Origin: Salpingoeca rosetta
Taxonomy: Eukaryota > Protista > Choanoflagellata
Assembly: GCA_033442325.1 (NCBI GenBank)
Contig: JAWQFM010000033.1
Coordinates: forward strand, 189,372-237,587
Direction: 5' to 3'
Length of the DNA stretch: 48,216 nucleotides
Part shown: one piece after another, positions 1 to 10,394 of the stretch
How the letters are laid out: every line of letters starts with the position of its first letter
Position numbering within the stretch: position 1 is the first letter of the stretch
Notes under the pieces: model-generated
What the model was told of the DNA's origin: nothing
The model's database searches: none
The model's input: only the letters and a program-made list of their open reading frames with translations
Position numbers and translations under genes: made by a program

Positions 1-36
1 ATCAACGCAGCAGAGAGGTAGGTCAATGCGGGGGAG

Positions 37-432
37 TGTTGACAGGCAAGTCCTGTCTGCTGAGTCGTATCATTGACCTCCCTTCTTCACGACACCACAA
101 CTTTGCATTCACCTCTCTTGTGTTCTGGAATGTTCACGTGATTTCCCTCCAACCTGTTGCACGTGCAGTGTTTAGCTTGTGTGGTTGCTCGATGTTACAT
201 GTTCTTGCATAACACACCACATAACCACACAACTCTCAACAAACACTGCCACGTCACCACTTTGCGTTGTCGACAATTCTTGTCTTCTGCTCTGTTTCTT
301 TCTGTTGGAGTGTTCATTCATCCTACATCCTTGTTTGCTTCACAACTCAAGTAAACACACACAACTCTCTCTTGCCAAGACAATCTCCCACACAACACAC
401 AGCACACTCTGCACACACAGCACACACACACA

Positions 433-468
<36 letters not shown>

Positions 469-507
469 AGTCTCCAACAACAGCACCACCACCATGAACT
501 TACAACA
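37..507 (+). mobile_element. LTR, probably the 3' LTR of a copia-like retrotransposon whose body lies left of the window
   Basis: Begins TGTTG (37) and ends CAACA (503-507). Immediately preceded by the purine tract GCGGGGGAG (28-36), a typical PPT. Similarity to the copy at 2340-2607 starts and stops exactly at these termini. Confidence 0.75.
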
Positions 508-990
508 ACCACGGCACTCTGCCTGCACATTCTGCGCACTGCGGAACAACACCACCGGGAAATCCTCTCCACTCTGGCGGACCTCGCCCAGACCACAAGA
601 AAGGAAATTGTGGAGCGCAAGGCCGCCTTCCGCGAGGCCCAGGAGCGTGCCGAAGGCGTCGAGGACCTCAAGAAGAAGAAGAAGAAGGACCACAAGAAGT
701 CCCGAGCGGCGTCGCCGTCTAACAACCCGTGCAAGAGGGCAAAAGGTGCAGCAGCAACAACACCACCCGCCACAGCAACAACAGTCACAGCAGCAGCCAC
801 AGGCAAATCCCCAAGACCTGCCTACTGCTTCCAGCACTTGGCGCCACAGCTGACAGCAGACAAGCTAAGCAACCTCTTCGCCACACTGCGCAACCACAAA
901 AAAATAAGCCAAGATCCGATGCTGTCAATCCTCCGACAGCACGGCGTGGGGATACCGGGACCCACCGAAATGGATGACGGCCACCATGGT
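508..990 (+). pseudogene. 5'-truncated coding fragment (K-rich, then A/T-rich), probably interrupted by the LTR insertion
   Basis: Frame open from the LTR edge (TTALCLHILRTAEQHHREILSTLADLAQTTRKEIVERKAAFREAQERAEGVEDLKKKKKKDHKK...) with coding-like codon use and no in-frame ATG near its start. Ends at a G|GTATGT donor near 989, followed by the gap. Confidence 0.4.
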
Positions 991-1158
991 ATGTCTGTGC
1001 GCATGCTTGCGTGTTTGCCTTGTCTGCTTGATGACCCTACTCGCATGCCTGCTGTTGCTACATCATGCATCGCGGTGTGTGTCCCAGCTCGACCAACGCG
1101 ACGCACACAACCAACTCATACACACGCACCCACAACCAACTCACACGCGCGCATGCAT

Positions 1159-1658
1159 NNNNNNNNNNNNNNNNNNNNNNNNNNNNNNNNNNNNNNNNNN
1201 NNNNNNNNNNNNNNNNNNNNNNNNNNNNNNNNNNNNNNNNNNNNNNNNNNNNNNNNNNNNNNNNNNNNNNNNNNNNNNNNNNNNNNNNNNNNNNNNNNNN
1301 NNNNNNNNNNNNNNNNNNNNNNNNNNNNNNNNNNNNNNNNNNNNNNNNNNNNNNNNNNNNNNNNNNNNNNNNNNNNNNNNNNNNNNNNNNNNNNNNNNNN
1401 NNNNNNNNNNNNNNNNNNNNNNNNNNNNNNNNNNNNNNNNNNNNNNNNNNNNNNNNNNNNNNNNNNNNNNNNNNNNNNNNNNNNNNNNNNNNNNNNNNNN
1501 NNNNNNNNNNNNNNNNNNNNNNNNNNNNNNNNNNNNNNNNNNNNNNNNNNNNNNNNNNNNNNNNNNNNNNNNNNNNNNNNNNNNNNNNNNNNNNNNNNNN
1601 NNNNNNNNNNNNNNNNNNNNNNNNNNNNNNNNNNNNNNNNNNNNNNNNNNNNNNNNNN
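1159..1658. other. assembly gap (500 N)
   Basis: Run of N. Confidence 1.
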
Positions 1659-1773
1659 TAGGGAAATCACGAGACCATTCCAGAACACAAGAGAGGTGAA
1701 TGTGAAATTGTGGTGTCGTGAAGAAGGGGACGTCAAATAATATGAGTCAGCTGACTAGAATTGCCTGTCAACA
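1659..1773 (-). mobile_element. inverted partial LTR copy running into the gap
   Basis: Reverse complement reads TGTTGACAGGCAATTCTAGTCAGCTGACTCATATTATTTGACGTCCCCTTCTTCACGACACCACAATTTCACATTCACCTCTCTTGTGTTCTGGAATG..., which aligns to 37-148. Confidence 0.8.
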
Positions 1774-2339
1774 AAGGTTCATCGTGTCAGACCCCATGGG
1801 GCACGACTCTGGTATAACTTTAGCTGTATCCGCGTGCCAGAAGAACGAGCGGTCTTCGTCCCCGCCGTCCACACTTGCGGTATCCTTCTTCTTCGTGTTC
1901 TTCTTCTTCTTCTTCTTCGTGTCCTTCTTCTTCTCCTTGTCATTCTTCTCCTCCTTCCTGCCCGTTGCGTGCGTCTCCGCCCTCTGCTTCTTGTGCGCCT
2001 TCGTCTGCGATCGGGTCTGAGCTTGCTTGCCTGCCTCGCGCTCTGGGTGCCACGGGGGGACTCTTGGGCAAGCTGCATGCTTGTATGGCTGTGCTTGCTG
2101 ATCCCCTTGAAGACCCGCTTGCCTGTCCGCGTGCTCGTGTTGTTCATGACCCTTGCTCGCGCTGGGACGCAGTGTTGATGTGGGTCCGTGTCCTGGTACG
2201 AGGGCGGCTGTAGGATGCTGCAGTTGTCCGGAATCGGCGCCAGCGTCTGCTCCCAGCCGTCGAGGCACACCAGTACGCAGAAGAAGGCAACGGCACCGGC
2301 GACTCCATCGCCGGTTGCCCGGATGTGCCAGTCAATGGC
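1774..2339 (-). pseudogene. degenerate coding fragment (K-rich, apparent frameshift) between two LTR outer ends
   Basis: Two overlapping minus-strand frames are each coding-like over part of the length (FCVLVCLDGWEQTLAPIPDNC...; ...KEEKNDKEKKKDTKKKKKKNTKKKDTASVDGGDEDRSFFW). The apparent ATG at 2357 lies inside the LTR. Confidence 0.3.
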
Positions 2340-2607
2340 TGTTGACAGGCCAGCCATGTCAGCTGAGTCATATCATTGACCTCCCTTATTCGCGATACCA
2401 CAATTTGCATTCACCTCTGTTTTGTTCTGGAATGCTCTGTTTCTTTCTGTTCGAGTGTTCATTCATCCTACATGCTTGTTTGCTTCACAACTCAAGTAAA
2501 CGCACACAACTCTCTCTTGCCAAGCCAATCTCTCCCACACAACACACAGCACACACACACACACACGTCTCCAACAACAGCACCACCACCAACATGAATT
2601 TACAACA
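2340..2607 (+). mobile_element. solo, internally deleted LTR copy
   Basis: TGTTG...CAACA termini. Direct repeat of 37-507 lacking about 133-288 and with a shorter CA tract. No PBS follows and no clear TSD. Confidence 0.75.
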
Positions 2608-2750
2608 GAAGCATTGAATGCAAATGACTCCCAAAGGCGCACATTCAGTGATTTATATGACAGAAGACTAAATTAAGGACGAAGCGCACCACACGCAACA
2701 TTTATTTTCCTCGCCACGCTCTTCCTCGCCCCAAAAGTTGCACGAACAAA

Positions 2751-3990
2751 ATGGCTGCCATGACCTCTGCTCGGATGCTGGTGGCCCTAGGCAGCACAGC
2801 TGTGCTGCTGATGGTGGCGGTTGATGGTGCGGCTGTGATGCGGGAGGATGACTGGGGGAACCTGCACATCAACACGACGGACAGCAGTGGCACCACACGC
2901 GTGCTGCTCAATGGCCTCGACGTCCTGGGCCACTTGGACATGCTGCGGCAGGAGGTGGAGCGATCGCGGCGCGTGGCGCAGTGCATTTTGACGCAGGAGA
3001 AAGACGCACTTGGGGTTGACGTGACGACGCTGCGTGGTTTTGGTGATGCAGTCGGAAAGTGGCAGGAAACGGTGCTTGGCCCCGACGGCAAAGTGTATGG
3101 TGTGCCATACGACGAGACGGTTGTCCTTGTCATCGACCCCGTCACGAACGCCGTCGACACCACCACCATGGGCAGCTTCAGCCCGGCGAGTGGCAAGTGG
3201 ACGGGCTCTGCGGTAGCACCCAACGGCAAGATCTACTGCGTGCCAGAGCAGTCACCCGTGGTGCTCATCATCGACCCTACGACAAACACCACGGACATCA
3301 CGTCCATCGTTGGGTTTGGTGATGGTGGTGACAAGTGGGAGCAGGCGGTGCTCGCACCCAACGGCAAGATCTACGCTGTGCCTGACCTGGCTGATGCTAT
3401 CCTGATCATCGACCCGGAGACCAACAGCGCCGACACCTCGTCCATCCCCGTGCCCTCTGGCGACAACAAGTACCTTGGCGCTGCGCTCGCGGACAACGGC
3501 AAGATCTATGCCATTCCCGGCACGCGGACAAATGTGCTGATCATCGACCCCGTCACGAACGCCGCGGACGGCACCACCATCATGGGCCTGCCGGATGGCA
3601 ACCGCAAGTGGTTTGGTGCTGTCCTTGGAGGCAACGGCAAGATCTACGGCGTCCCTGACGAGTTCAACGCTGTACTTGTCGTTGACCCCGTGTCCAACAC
3701 TGCTGACATCACGACGCTCATGGTGACGGACTACGACGTGTCTGGCATCACCAAGTGGCTGTCTGGCGTGCTGTCTGCAGATGGTCGCATTTTCGGCATC
3801 CCCTTCAGCGCTGACGCCGTGCTTGTGGTCGACCCAGCCAAGAACACCACCCACACCGTCGTGCTTGACATGGTTGCTGCAGGTGCAGACCATGATTGGC
3901 TTGGCGGCGTCCTCGCCCCCACCGGACAGATTTACTCTGTCCCCTTTGACAATGATGCTACTCTCATCATCGATCCACTCTGTGTCGTGT

Positions 3991-3992
<2 letters not shown>
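2751..3992 (+). CDS. secreted 7-repeat beta-propeller protein with N-terminal cubilin-NTD-like motif and short coiled coil, 413 aa, intronless
   Basis: Signal peptide (LVALGSTAVLLMVAVDGA). Seven ~45 aa repeats, consensus KW.G.VLAPNGKIY.VP.....VLIIDP.TN..DTT. Strong C/G-ending codon bias. Confidence 0.9.
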
Positions 3993-3993
<1 letters not shown>

Positions 3994-4026
<33 letters not shown>

Positions 4027-4170
4027 GGTTGCGTGTGTGTGTGGCTGTGTGTGTGGTTGTGTGTGTATGTGTGTGTGATTGTGGCTGTGTATATGTGTGT
4101 GGTTGTGTATGTGTGTGTGTGTGGTTGTGTGTGTATGTGTGTATGTGTGTGTGTGTGATTGTGTGTGGTG
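3994..4170. repeat. imperfect (TG)n microsatellite
   Basis: Seen directly after the stop codon. Confidence 0.9.
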
Positions 4171-4617
4171 TTTCTGCACTGATGTGTGTACCTTAGGTGT
4201 GATGTTTGGCTTCGTTTGTCCCACGCACGTGCTTGATTTTGTGGGCCTGCTATCCTGCATCGAACCCCACCCTGCTAGATTTGTCCGTCTTGCTTGTTGG
4301 CATTCATGCACTTCTGCGCTTGTTGTTCGTGTTATCGCTTGCCGCATTAGGCCACGCTTGCTCTGTTACGACCTTTCGTTCGTTGCCGCAGTTGTTGGGT
4401 TGTGTCTTTGTGTGGTTGAAATGGTTGTCCGTGGCTCAACATCTGTATCATGGCAGTTCCTTCGCTTTGCTGCTTTGACAACAATCACTTGTTACAGCAC
4501 ATGAACACATTCACAAACATGACTGACTGACAGACACACACTCACATACACAGTGGGGCGCACACATACACACAAAGACACAGACACACACACACAGACA
4601 CACACACACACACACAG

Positions 4618-4681
<64 letters not shown>

Positions 4682-4987
4682 TTGAATGTTTGTGGATTAT
4701 GCGCACAAAATTTCTCACCGTGAACGCCACAGCATTCATTACATCACACCCACACCCTTGACCTCAGTTTTAGGCCAAAGTCCACAAGCTGTGACTTATA
4801 CACGACAGGGGCCTGTGGTTCCTTCACAGCAGTCACGATCAACTCCTGCCGTCACAACCTGGGCGAGCAGTACACCTGCACAACACACACACAAACGAAG
4901 CCTCAAACGCAGCTACTGGAGGCCTCCATCCTCCTGCTCACGCTTCTGGTCCTCTGTTCTTCTGTTTTGGCGCCAACGCTCTCCCCA

Positions 4988-5032
4988 CAGCACGGCACAG
5001 CACGGCACAGCACGGCACAGCACGGCACAGCA
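4988..5032. repeat. 10-bp tandem repeat (CAGCACGGCA) x~4
   Basis: Seen directly, upstream of the likely ATG at 5067. Confidence 0.85.
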
Positions 5033-5066
5033 AGGACGTACTTTGGATCCGCTAGAGTTCGAAGCG

Positions 5067-8000
5067 ATGCCAGTTTCGCCACAACGGCCACAGCGTCTAC
5101 TTGTGCCAGTCCAGGCTGCGCCAGTGCGCCGCCGTCGAAGCCGCGAACTCACCACCGCCACCGCTACGACACCTCCAGCCTCTGTACCGCAGCCGCAGCA
5201 CGCCGCTCTTGAGGGCACATTTGAAGCTGTTGCTGTGAGGCATGGCGTGCGGTGGAAGGCTGCCTGCGTAGTTGCTGTTGCTCTCCTTGCCACGGTTGTG
5301 GTTGCTGCGCTCCTCCCGAGTAACGTACTGCACCACAGCCACCAGGCGAGCGGTGCTGGCGCCAACGCCAACACACAACTCAGCGCACGCACCACCACAA
5401 CAGCAACAACAACCACAACAACCACCACAACAGTAGCAGCCACAACATTAGCAGCATCAACGACGGCTCTATCTAGCCCTGCTACCCCGTCAGAACAGTG
5501 CGTGCACGATGAGTTTGACGCAGTGGACACAATCACCGGTGTTGGTCGGTTCAGTCACAGCAACAAGAACAACAACTTTTTTTTCACAAGCACGCCGTTG
5601 TCATCTGATACGTCATCATTGAACGCAACCATCTGCGGGGGCGACGTGGACTGGTACCAGATCCCTGTGTGCGCCCATGCCACAGTGGTCATTGAGATTG
5701 AATCGCTGCATGCCATTCGTGGCCAGCTGTTCTTCGCTGACGGCACCCCTGTTCCCCAGTCCAATCGCGCCACAACACCACCAACCGAAGCAGCAGCACC
5801 AGCAGCACCATCGCCACCAACAGCACCACCAACAGCACCACCAACAGCACCAGCACACGACGACACCGGAAGCACCATCACAACACTCGTGTACACTCGA
5901 GCTGTGGACTACACGCCGACCAACCTCCTGCTGTACGTGTACGGCGTCCATGGAGCCGAGGGTGCCTACACCGCGCACCTCAACGTCACGTGTCTTCCGC
6001 CCCCGTGTGAGGGCACCACTACACGGCAGTTGGACTGCTCCAACACCGAGTCCCGCCAAGCCATTCGCGCCCTGCGTGTGTGTGAGGTGGCAGAGGTGGT
6101 GGAGTGCTGCTGCGACGAGTTTCGCGCCCTCAGGCGCGTGAGTGGCGACGTTCATGTGGCGCGCGCGGCAACAGCACTCGACTTTGGGTGGGTGACGCAA
6201 ATTGGCGGCAGAGTGTGGGCCCGCGGCATTTCCGGTCATACAGGCCAGCTCACGCTCGTCCGCGGTGACCACCTCCAGAGCATCGGCGGCGAGGTGGCCA
6301 TCGACCACAACCCAGCCCTGACCACCATCTCCTTTGCACGGCTGATCCGTGTGGACGGTGCCCTCCGCATTCGCTTCAGCCCCGCGCTGCTTCGCGTCGA
6401 CTTCCCAGCGCTCGAGTCCACTCACGTTCTCGACGTCCACCACAGCGATCGCCTCAACCGCCTTGCAGCCGACGCACTCACGCATGTGGGCGACAGCTTG
6501 TACGTGTATGCAAACCCTATGCTGGTGCACCTGTCACTGCCGCGGCTGTGCGACGTTGGCGTCGAGTTTCGCGTCGACACCCACGCCAGCCTGACCGCCA
6601 TCACCGCGCACGCACTGACGCGAGTGGGCAGTGTGGTGCGCATTCACTCCAACGTGGCCGTCACCAGCATTGGGTTCGAGAGCCTTGCATCTGCGGGGGC
6701 GGTTTATATCCACGACAACACCCGCATGGCCAATCTCACCATGGCACAGCTCACAGCGGTGCACGGCACCACGCTCGTGTACAACAACAATGCACTCACC
6801 TCGCTGTCGCTCCCAAGCCTGCTCGATGCGGCTGCGACCGTGCAAATGAGCGACAACCCGGCCCTGCGCACCATCAGTCTGAGTGCCGTCACCCGTATTG
6901 CCGGCACGCTCGACATCCACAGCAACGCTGCGCTGGTCGACGTCCACCTGCCAAATCTGACCAGCGTTGACCACAGCATTGTCTTGCACCACAGCAGCAC
7001 GCTTACCAGCATCGACCTGCCTGTGCTGTGTTGCGTTGGCGGTGCGTTGAGCGTGCACGGCCATGCGGCCCTCACGAGCTTGGACCTGACCCCGCTCCAT
7101 GTCGTGGGCGGTGACATTGTTGTGAGCAGCAACACAGCGCTTCACATGATCGCGGGCCTCAGCAACATCAGCGCAAGCGGCGTCAAGCTCAGTGGCAACA
7201 GCAACCTGGCCCGCGTCAGCTTTGACGAGCCCCAGCTTCAGCTGATCACTGGGCTCTACCTCAGCTCCAACCCCGCCCTCACCGGCGTTGACCTTGCATG
7301 TTTCACCACCCTGCCCGCGCTGAGCGTACGCGACAACATGGCATTGACCATCATGTCCTTTGACAACATCACCAGCGTTGCTGGGCACGTCGACCTCAGC
7401 AGCAACGCCCTGACCAGTGTGAGTGCTGCGCATCTCACTGCCATTGGTGGTCACCTGCTCTTGCACAGCAATGCGCTCACCGGTTTTCCGCTGAAACACG
7501 TGGACGTGGTTGGTGGCGACCTGGTTCTGAGCAACAACAACATCACCACACTTGACGTCGCAGCCCTGCTCGCCACCGTGCGTGGTGCCGTGAGGCTGGA
7601 CAACAACGTCATCACGCGACTCGTGGCTGGGGCCCATTATCCCGCCGTCCTCACCAACACCCTGGACCTGAGCAACAACGCCCTCGCTGCCGTCGACCTC
7701 GGCAACATGACGGCTATCGAGGCAGACTTGTTGCTCGCTGGCAACACGCGGCTGCACCCGGGCAGCGTGCGCTTTGGTGCGCTCACGTCAATCACGGGCA
7801 CGCTCAGCCTGGCCGGGTGCGGCTTCTCCGGCAACAGCACCGCCTTTCTGCGCGGCGTGCAGACCGTTGGCGGCGACCTTGTGCTGAGCGACAACGCCTT
7901 TACCAGCGTGGACGTGGATACGCTGCCGAGCGTGGCCGGCACGCTCAAGCTGGCCCGCAATGGGCTGACGGCACTCACGTTTGGCGCTATGACGCGCGTG

Positions 8001-8735
8001 GCGGGTGGGATTGAAGCGCCGCAGAATGCGCTCACCATCGTCGACTTTGCGCGCGTGACCCATTTTGGTGGGGAAGTCAGCTTTGCCAACAACCAACTGA
8101 CGACGCTGCAGCACTTTGAGGGCGTCGCGTTTGTGGGCGGCAGCCTGGACTTCTCTGGCAATGCCCTGGCTAGCATCGACCTCAGCAGCCTTGGCGACAC
8201 GTTTGCACGCTCCATCAAGCTGCACAACAACGCGCTCACAGCCGTCAACCTTGGCAACCTGACCAGCGTGGGCCACATGCTCAGCCTTCACAACAACGCA
8301 CTGACGCAGCTTGACCTGAACAGACTCGTCACTCTGGGCGGGGTCTTGCAACTACAGAACAACGCCCTCACCAGCATAGCGTTCAGCCCGGCAATGACAC
8401 GTGCCGCCAGCCACGTCTTCCTCAACGACAATCGCTTGACCACAGTTGACTTTGGGGGACTGCAAACCATTGGCGGCGCTCTCCGTCTCGACAACAACGC
8501 GCTCACCACCATCAACTTTGGCACTCTCACCCGTATTGATGCAGGCCTGGACCTGAGCAGCAACAACATCACAGGCGCCATTGACCTGTCGCAGTTGACC
8601 GTATTGTTGGGTCCCATCTGGCTCGACGACAACCCGCACCTCGCCACCGTCAACTGCAGTGGCTTTGGCACGTCGTTAACCGTGGACAACGGTGTTGGCT
8701 TGTCGCAGTGTCCCGACTCTGTGTACTTTTATTGA
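5067..8735 (+). CDS. type II membrane protein: TM, Thr-rich stalk, PPC-like beta-sandwich, then long receptor-L-domain/LRR solenoid (~1222 aa, intronless)
   Basis: Open frame 4686-8735; likely start MPVSPQR at 5067. Hydrophobic helix WKAACVVAVALLATVVVAALLP. CVHDEF...ICGGDVDWYQIPV...YVYGVHGAEGAY motif. More than 30 repeats of 23-25 aa such as LTSIDLPVLCCVGGALSVHGHAA and LDLSNNALAAVDLGNMTAIEADL. Confidence 0.88.
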   Translation: MPVSPQRPQRLLVPVQAAPVRRRRSRELTTATATTPPASVPQPQHAALEGTFEAVAVRHGVRWKAACVVAVALLATVVVAALLPSNVLHHSHQASGAGANANTQLSARTTTTATTTTTTTTTVAATTLAASTTALSSPATPSEQCVHDEFDAVDTITGVGRFSHSNKNNNFFFTSTPLSSDTSSLNATICGGDVDWYQIPVCAHATVVIEIESLHAIRGQLFFADGTPVPQSNRATTPPTEAAAPAAPSPPTAPPTAPPTAPAHDDTGSTITTLVYTRAVDYTPTNLLLYVYGVHGAEGAYTAHLNVTCLPPPCEGTTTRQLDCSNTESRQAIRALRVCEVAEVVECCCDEFRALRRVSGDVHVARAATALDFGWVTQIGGRVWARGISGHTGQLTLVRGDHLQSIGGEVAIDHNPALTTISFARLIRVDGALRIRFSPALLRVDFPALESTHVLDVHHSDRLNRLAADALTHVGDSLYVYANPMLVHLSLPRLCDVGVEFRVDTHASLTAITAHALTRVGSVVRIHSNVAVTSIGFESLASAGAVYIHDNTRMANLTMAQLTAVHGTTLVYNNNALTSLSLPSLLDAAATVQMSDNPALRTISLSAVTRIAGTLDIHSNAALVDVHLPNLTSVDHSIVLHHSSTLTSIDLPVLCCVGGALSVHGHAALTSLDLTPLHVVGGDIVVSSNTALHMIAGLSNISASGVKLSGNSNLARVSFDEPQLQLITGLYLSSNPALTGVDLACFTTLPALSVRDNMALTIMSFDNITSVAGHVDLSSNALTSVSAAHLTAIGGHLLLHSNALTGFPLKHVDVVGGDLVLSNNNITTLDVAALLATVRGAVRLDNNVITRLVAGAHYPAVLTNTLDLSNNALAAVDLGNMTAIEADLLLAGNTRLHPGSVRFGALTSITGTLSLAGCGFSGNSTAFLRGVQTVGGDLVLSDNAFTSVDVDTLPSVAGTLKLARNGLTALTFGAMTRVAGGIEAPQNALTIVDFARVTHFGGEVSFANNQLTTLQHFEGVAFVGGSLDFSGNALASIDLSSLGDTFARSIKLHNNALTAVNLGNLTSVGHMLSLHNNALTQLDLNRLVTLGGVLQLQNNALTSIAFSPAMTRAASHVFLNDNRLTTVDFGGLQTIGGALRLDNNALTTINFGTLTRIDAGLDLSSNNITGAIDLSQLTVLLGPIWLDDNPHLATVNCSGFGTSLTVDNGVGLSQCPDSVYFY

Positions 8736-8789
8736 TCGTGTGTCTTGTGTGTGTGTCTTTGTGTGTGTGTGTGTATGTGTCTTTGTGCC

Positions 8790-9595
8790 ATGTACTCGCT
8801 GAACCCAAACACGGGCTTCGTGGTGACGGTGAACCCTGAGGACCCGCGCGCCCCCGACCGCCCCCCTCTGTGCTGGATCACGACGAGCTCATCATTGGCG
8901 GTGGATGACGCGGCCGGCAATCAGGGCAAGTTCCTGCTCATGAGCACGCGCAACAGCATCGTCACCGTGAACGCCCACGTGGAGGCGTTCTGCATGGAGC
9001 TTGCAGACGGCCTGCTGGAGTTTGTGCTCAGTAAAGAACAGCTGGATGGCGGCCACCACGAGAGCTTCGACTACAAGCAGCTGCTGCACAACGCATTGCA
9101 GCTGTACATGGAGCAGAAGAAGAAAGACAGCTCAAGGTCGCGCCAGGACAGCAGGAAGAAGAAGGACAAGGGCAGCAAGAAAGGCGGCCACAGGAGCGAC
9201 GGTGACAGTTCCGCTGACGACGTGTCACTCAATGCCATGTTTGTGCTTACGGAAGTCAGCAACATGCTCGTTTCACGATCCTTCCGCGACCCCGTGTCCA
9301 TGTTCCTGGAGCATCAGCAGCGGTGCGTGTTGTATTGTATTGAGTTGTTGTTGGTGTTGTTGTGTGCGTTGGTTGTGTGTGTGATATGTGTGCGTGTGTG
9401 TACGTGTTGTGTGTGTACGTGTCGTGTGTGTGTGTGGTGTGCGTGTGTGATGTGTGTGTGTGTGTGTGTTTTCGTTTGTGAAGGATGAAAGCTTGTGTTG
9501 CTGTGTCAAACCTCGAGCAAGCCTCTGATCAAGCTCGCAGCAACCACCACAACCATACCACGCCACGCCAACCCCTTGTTGCTCACCGAACACAA

Positions 9596-9660
<65 letters not shown>

Positions 9661-10308
9661 ACCGTGGACAATGGCCTCAAGCCCACGCTGGAGAATATGC
9701 TGGACGAGCTGGCAAAGCTGACGTTCTACCGGCCACGCTACACGGAGGGCGACGACGATGCCGACACCAGCCTGAAGGGCATTGCTGCATTTGCCATCAA
9801 GCGCGTGCAGTTTGGGGTGATCTACTACGACGTCAAGGACGTGATGAGCAAGGCGTCTCCGTACTACGAGTGGACGGTCAAGTGCACCAGCTTTGACGCC
9901 TTCAACCGCCTCTCCCGCCTCTTCTACGGCGTGCGCTGCATCGTTGCCCACGGGCGCGGCCAGCGCACGCTACAGGACACACTGCCGTCGGCGCACGAAG
10001 CGTTCAAGACGCAGGACTTCACGCTGGTGTCCACCGGCACATACTCGCTGCCGTCAGGCGAGGGCGATGTGGAAAAGACAGTGAGCATGCTGAACGAGGT
10101 GCGACAGAAGGCAGAGGACCACGTGCGTCATGGCAAGGTGCTTGGTCTCAACTACCACGACTTTGTCAACTTTCTCAACTTTGCACGCGCGTTTGTTGAG
10201 CTACTGTCCACGGTGGCAGACTACGCCCTGGACCAAGATCGCGCCAAGCAGGACATGCAGCAGGACGAGGACAAGAACCCCACGGCATTCCAGCTCAGCT
10301 TGTCATGA
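8790..10308 (+). CDS. hypothetical protein, 2 exons (8790-9322, 9660-10308), ~393 aa
   Basis: Phase-2 GT-AG intron joins QQR to TVDNGLKPTLEN in frame. Strong coding bias. K-rich putative NLS. No family recognised. Confidence 0.75.
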
Positions 10309-10331
10309 TTGTTGTTGTGTGTGTGTGTGAT

Positions 10332-10394
<63 letters not shown>

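Noticed and set aside
494-853. ORF starting at ATG 494 (MNLQQPRH...)
   Set aside because: The ATG lies inside the LTR and is out of frame with the coding-like frame.
37-1773. DNA transposon bounded by long inverted repeats
   Set aside because: The repeat has its own TGTTG...CAACA ends, a PPT and a third direct copy. There is no TSD or transposase, so LTR copies fit better.
4492-4739. The many ORFs rich in VCVC or HTHT throughout the window
   Set aside because: They are translations of (TG)/(CA) microsatellites in introns and UTRs.
4686-5066. N-terminal extension of the LRR ORF
   Set aside because: It lacks coding bias and includes a 10-bp repeat; 5067 is the more plausible start.
5616-8689. 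Long antisense ORFs opposite the LRR gene, and similar ones opposite the ROCO and propeller genes
   Set aside because: Shadow frames caused by GC-rich codon bias.
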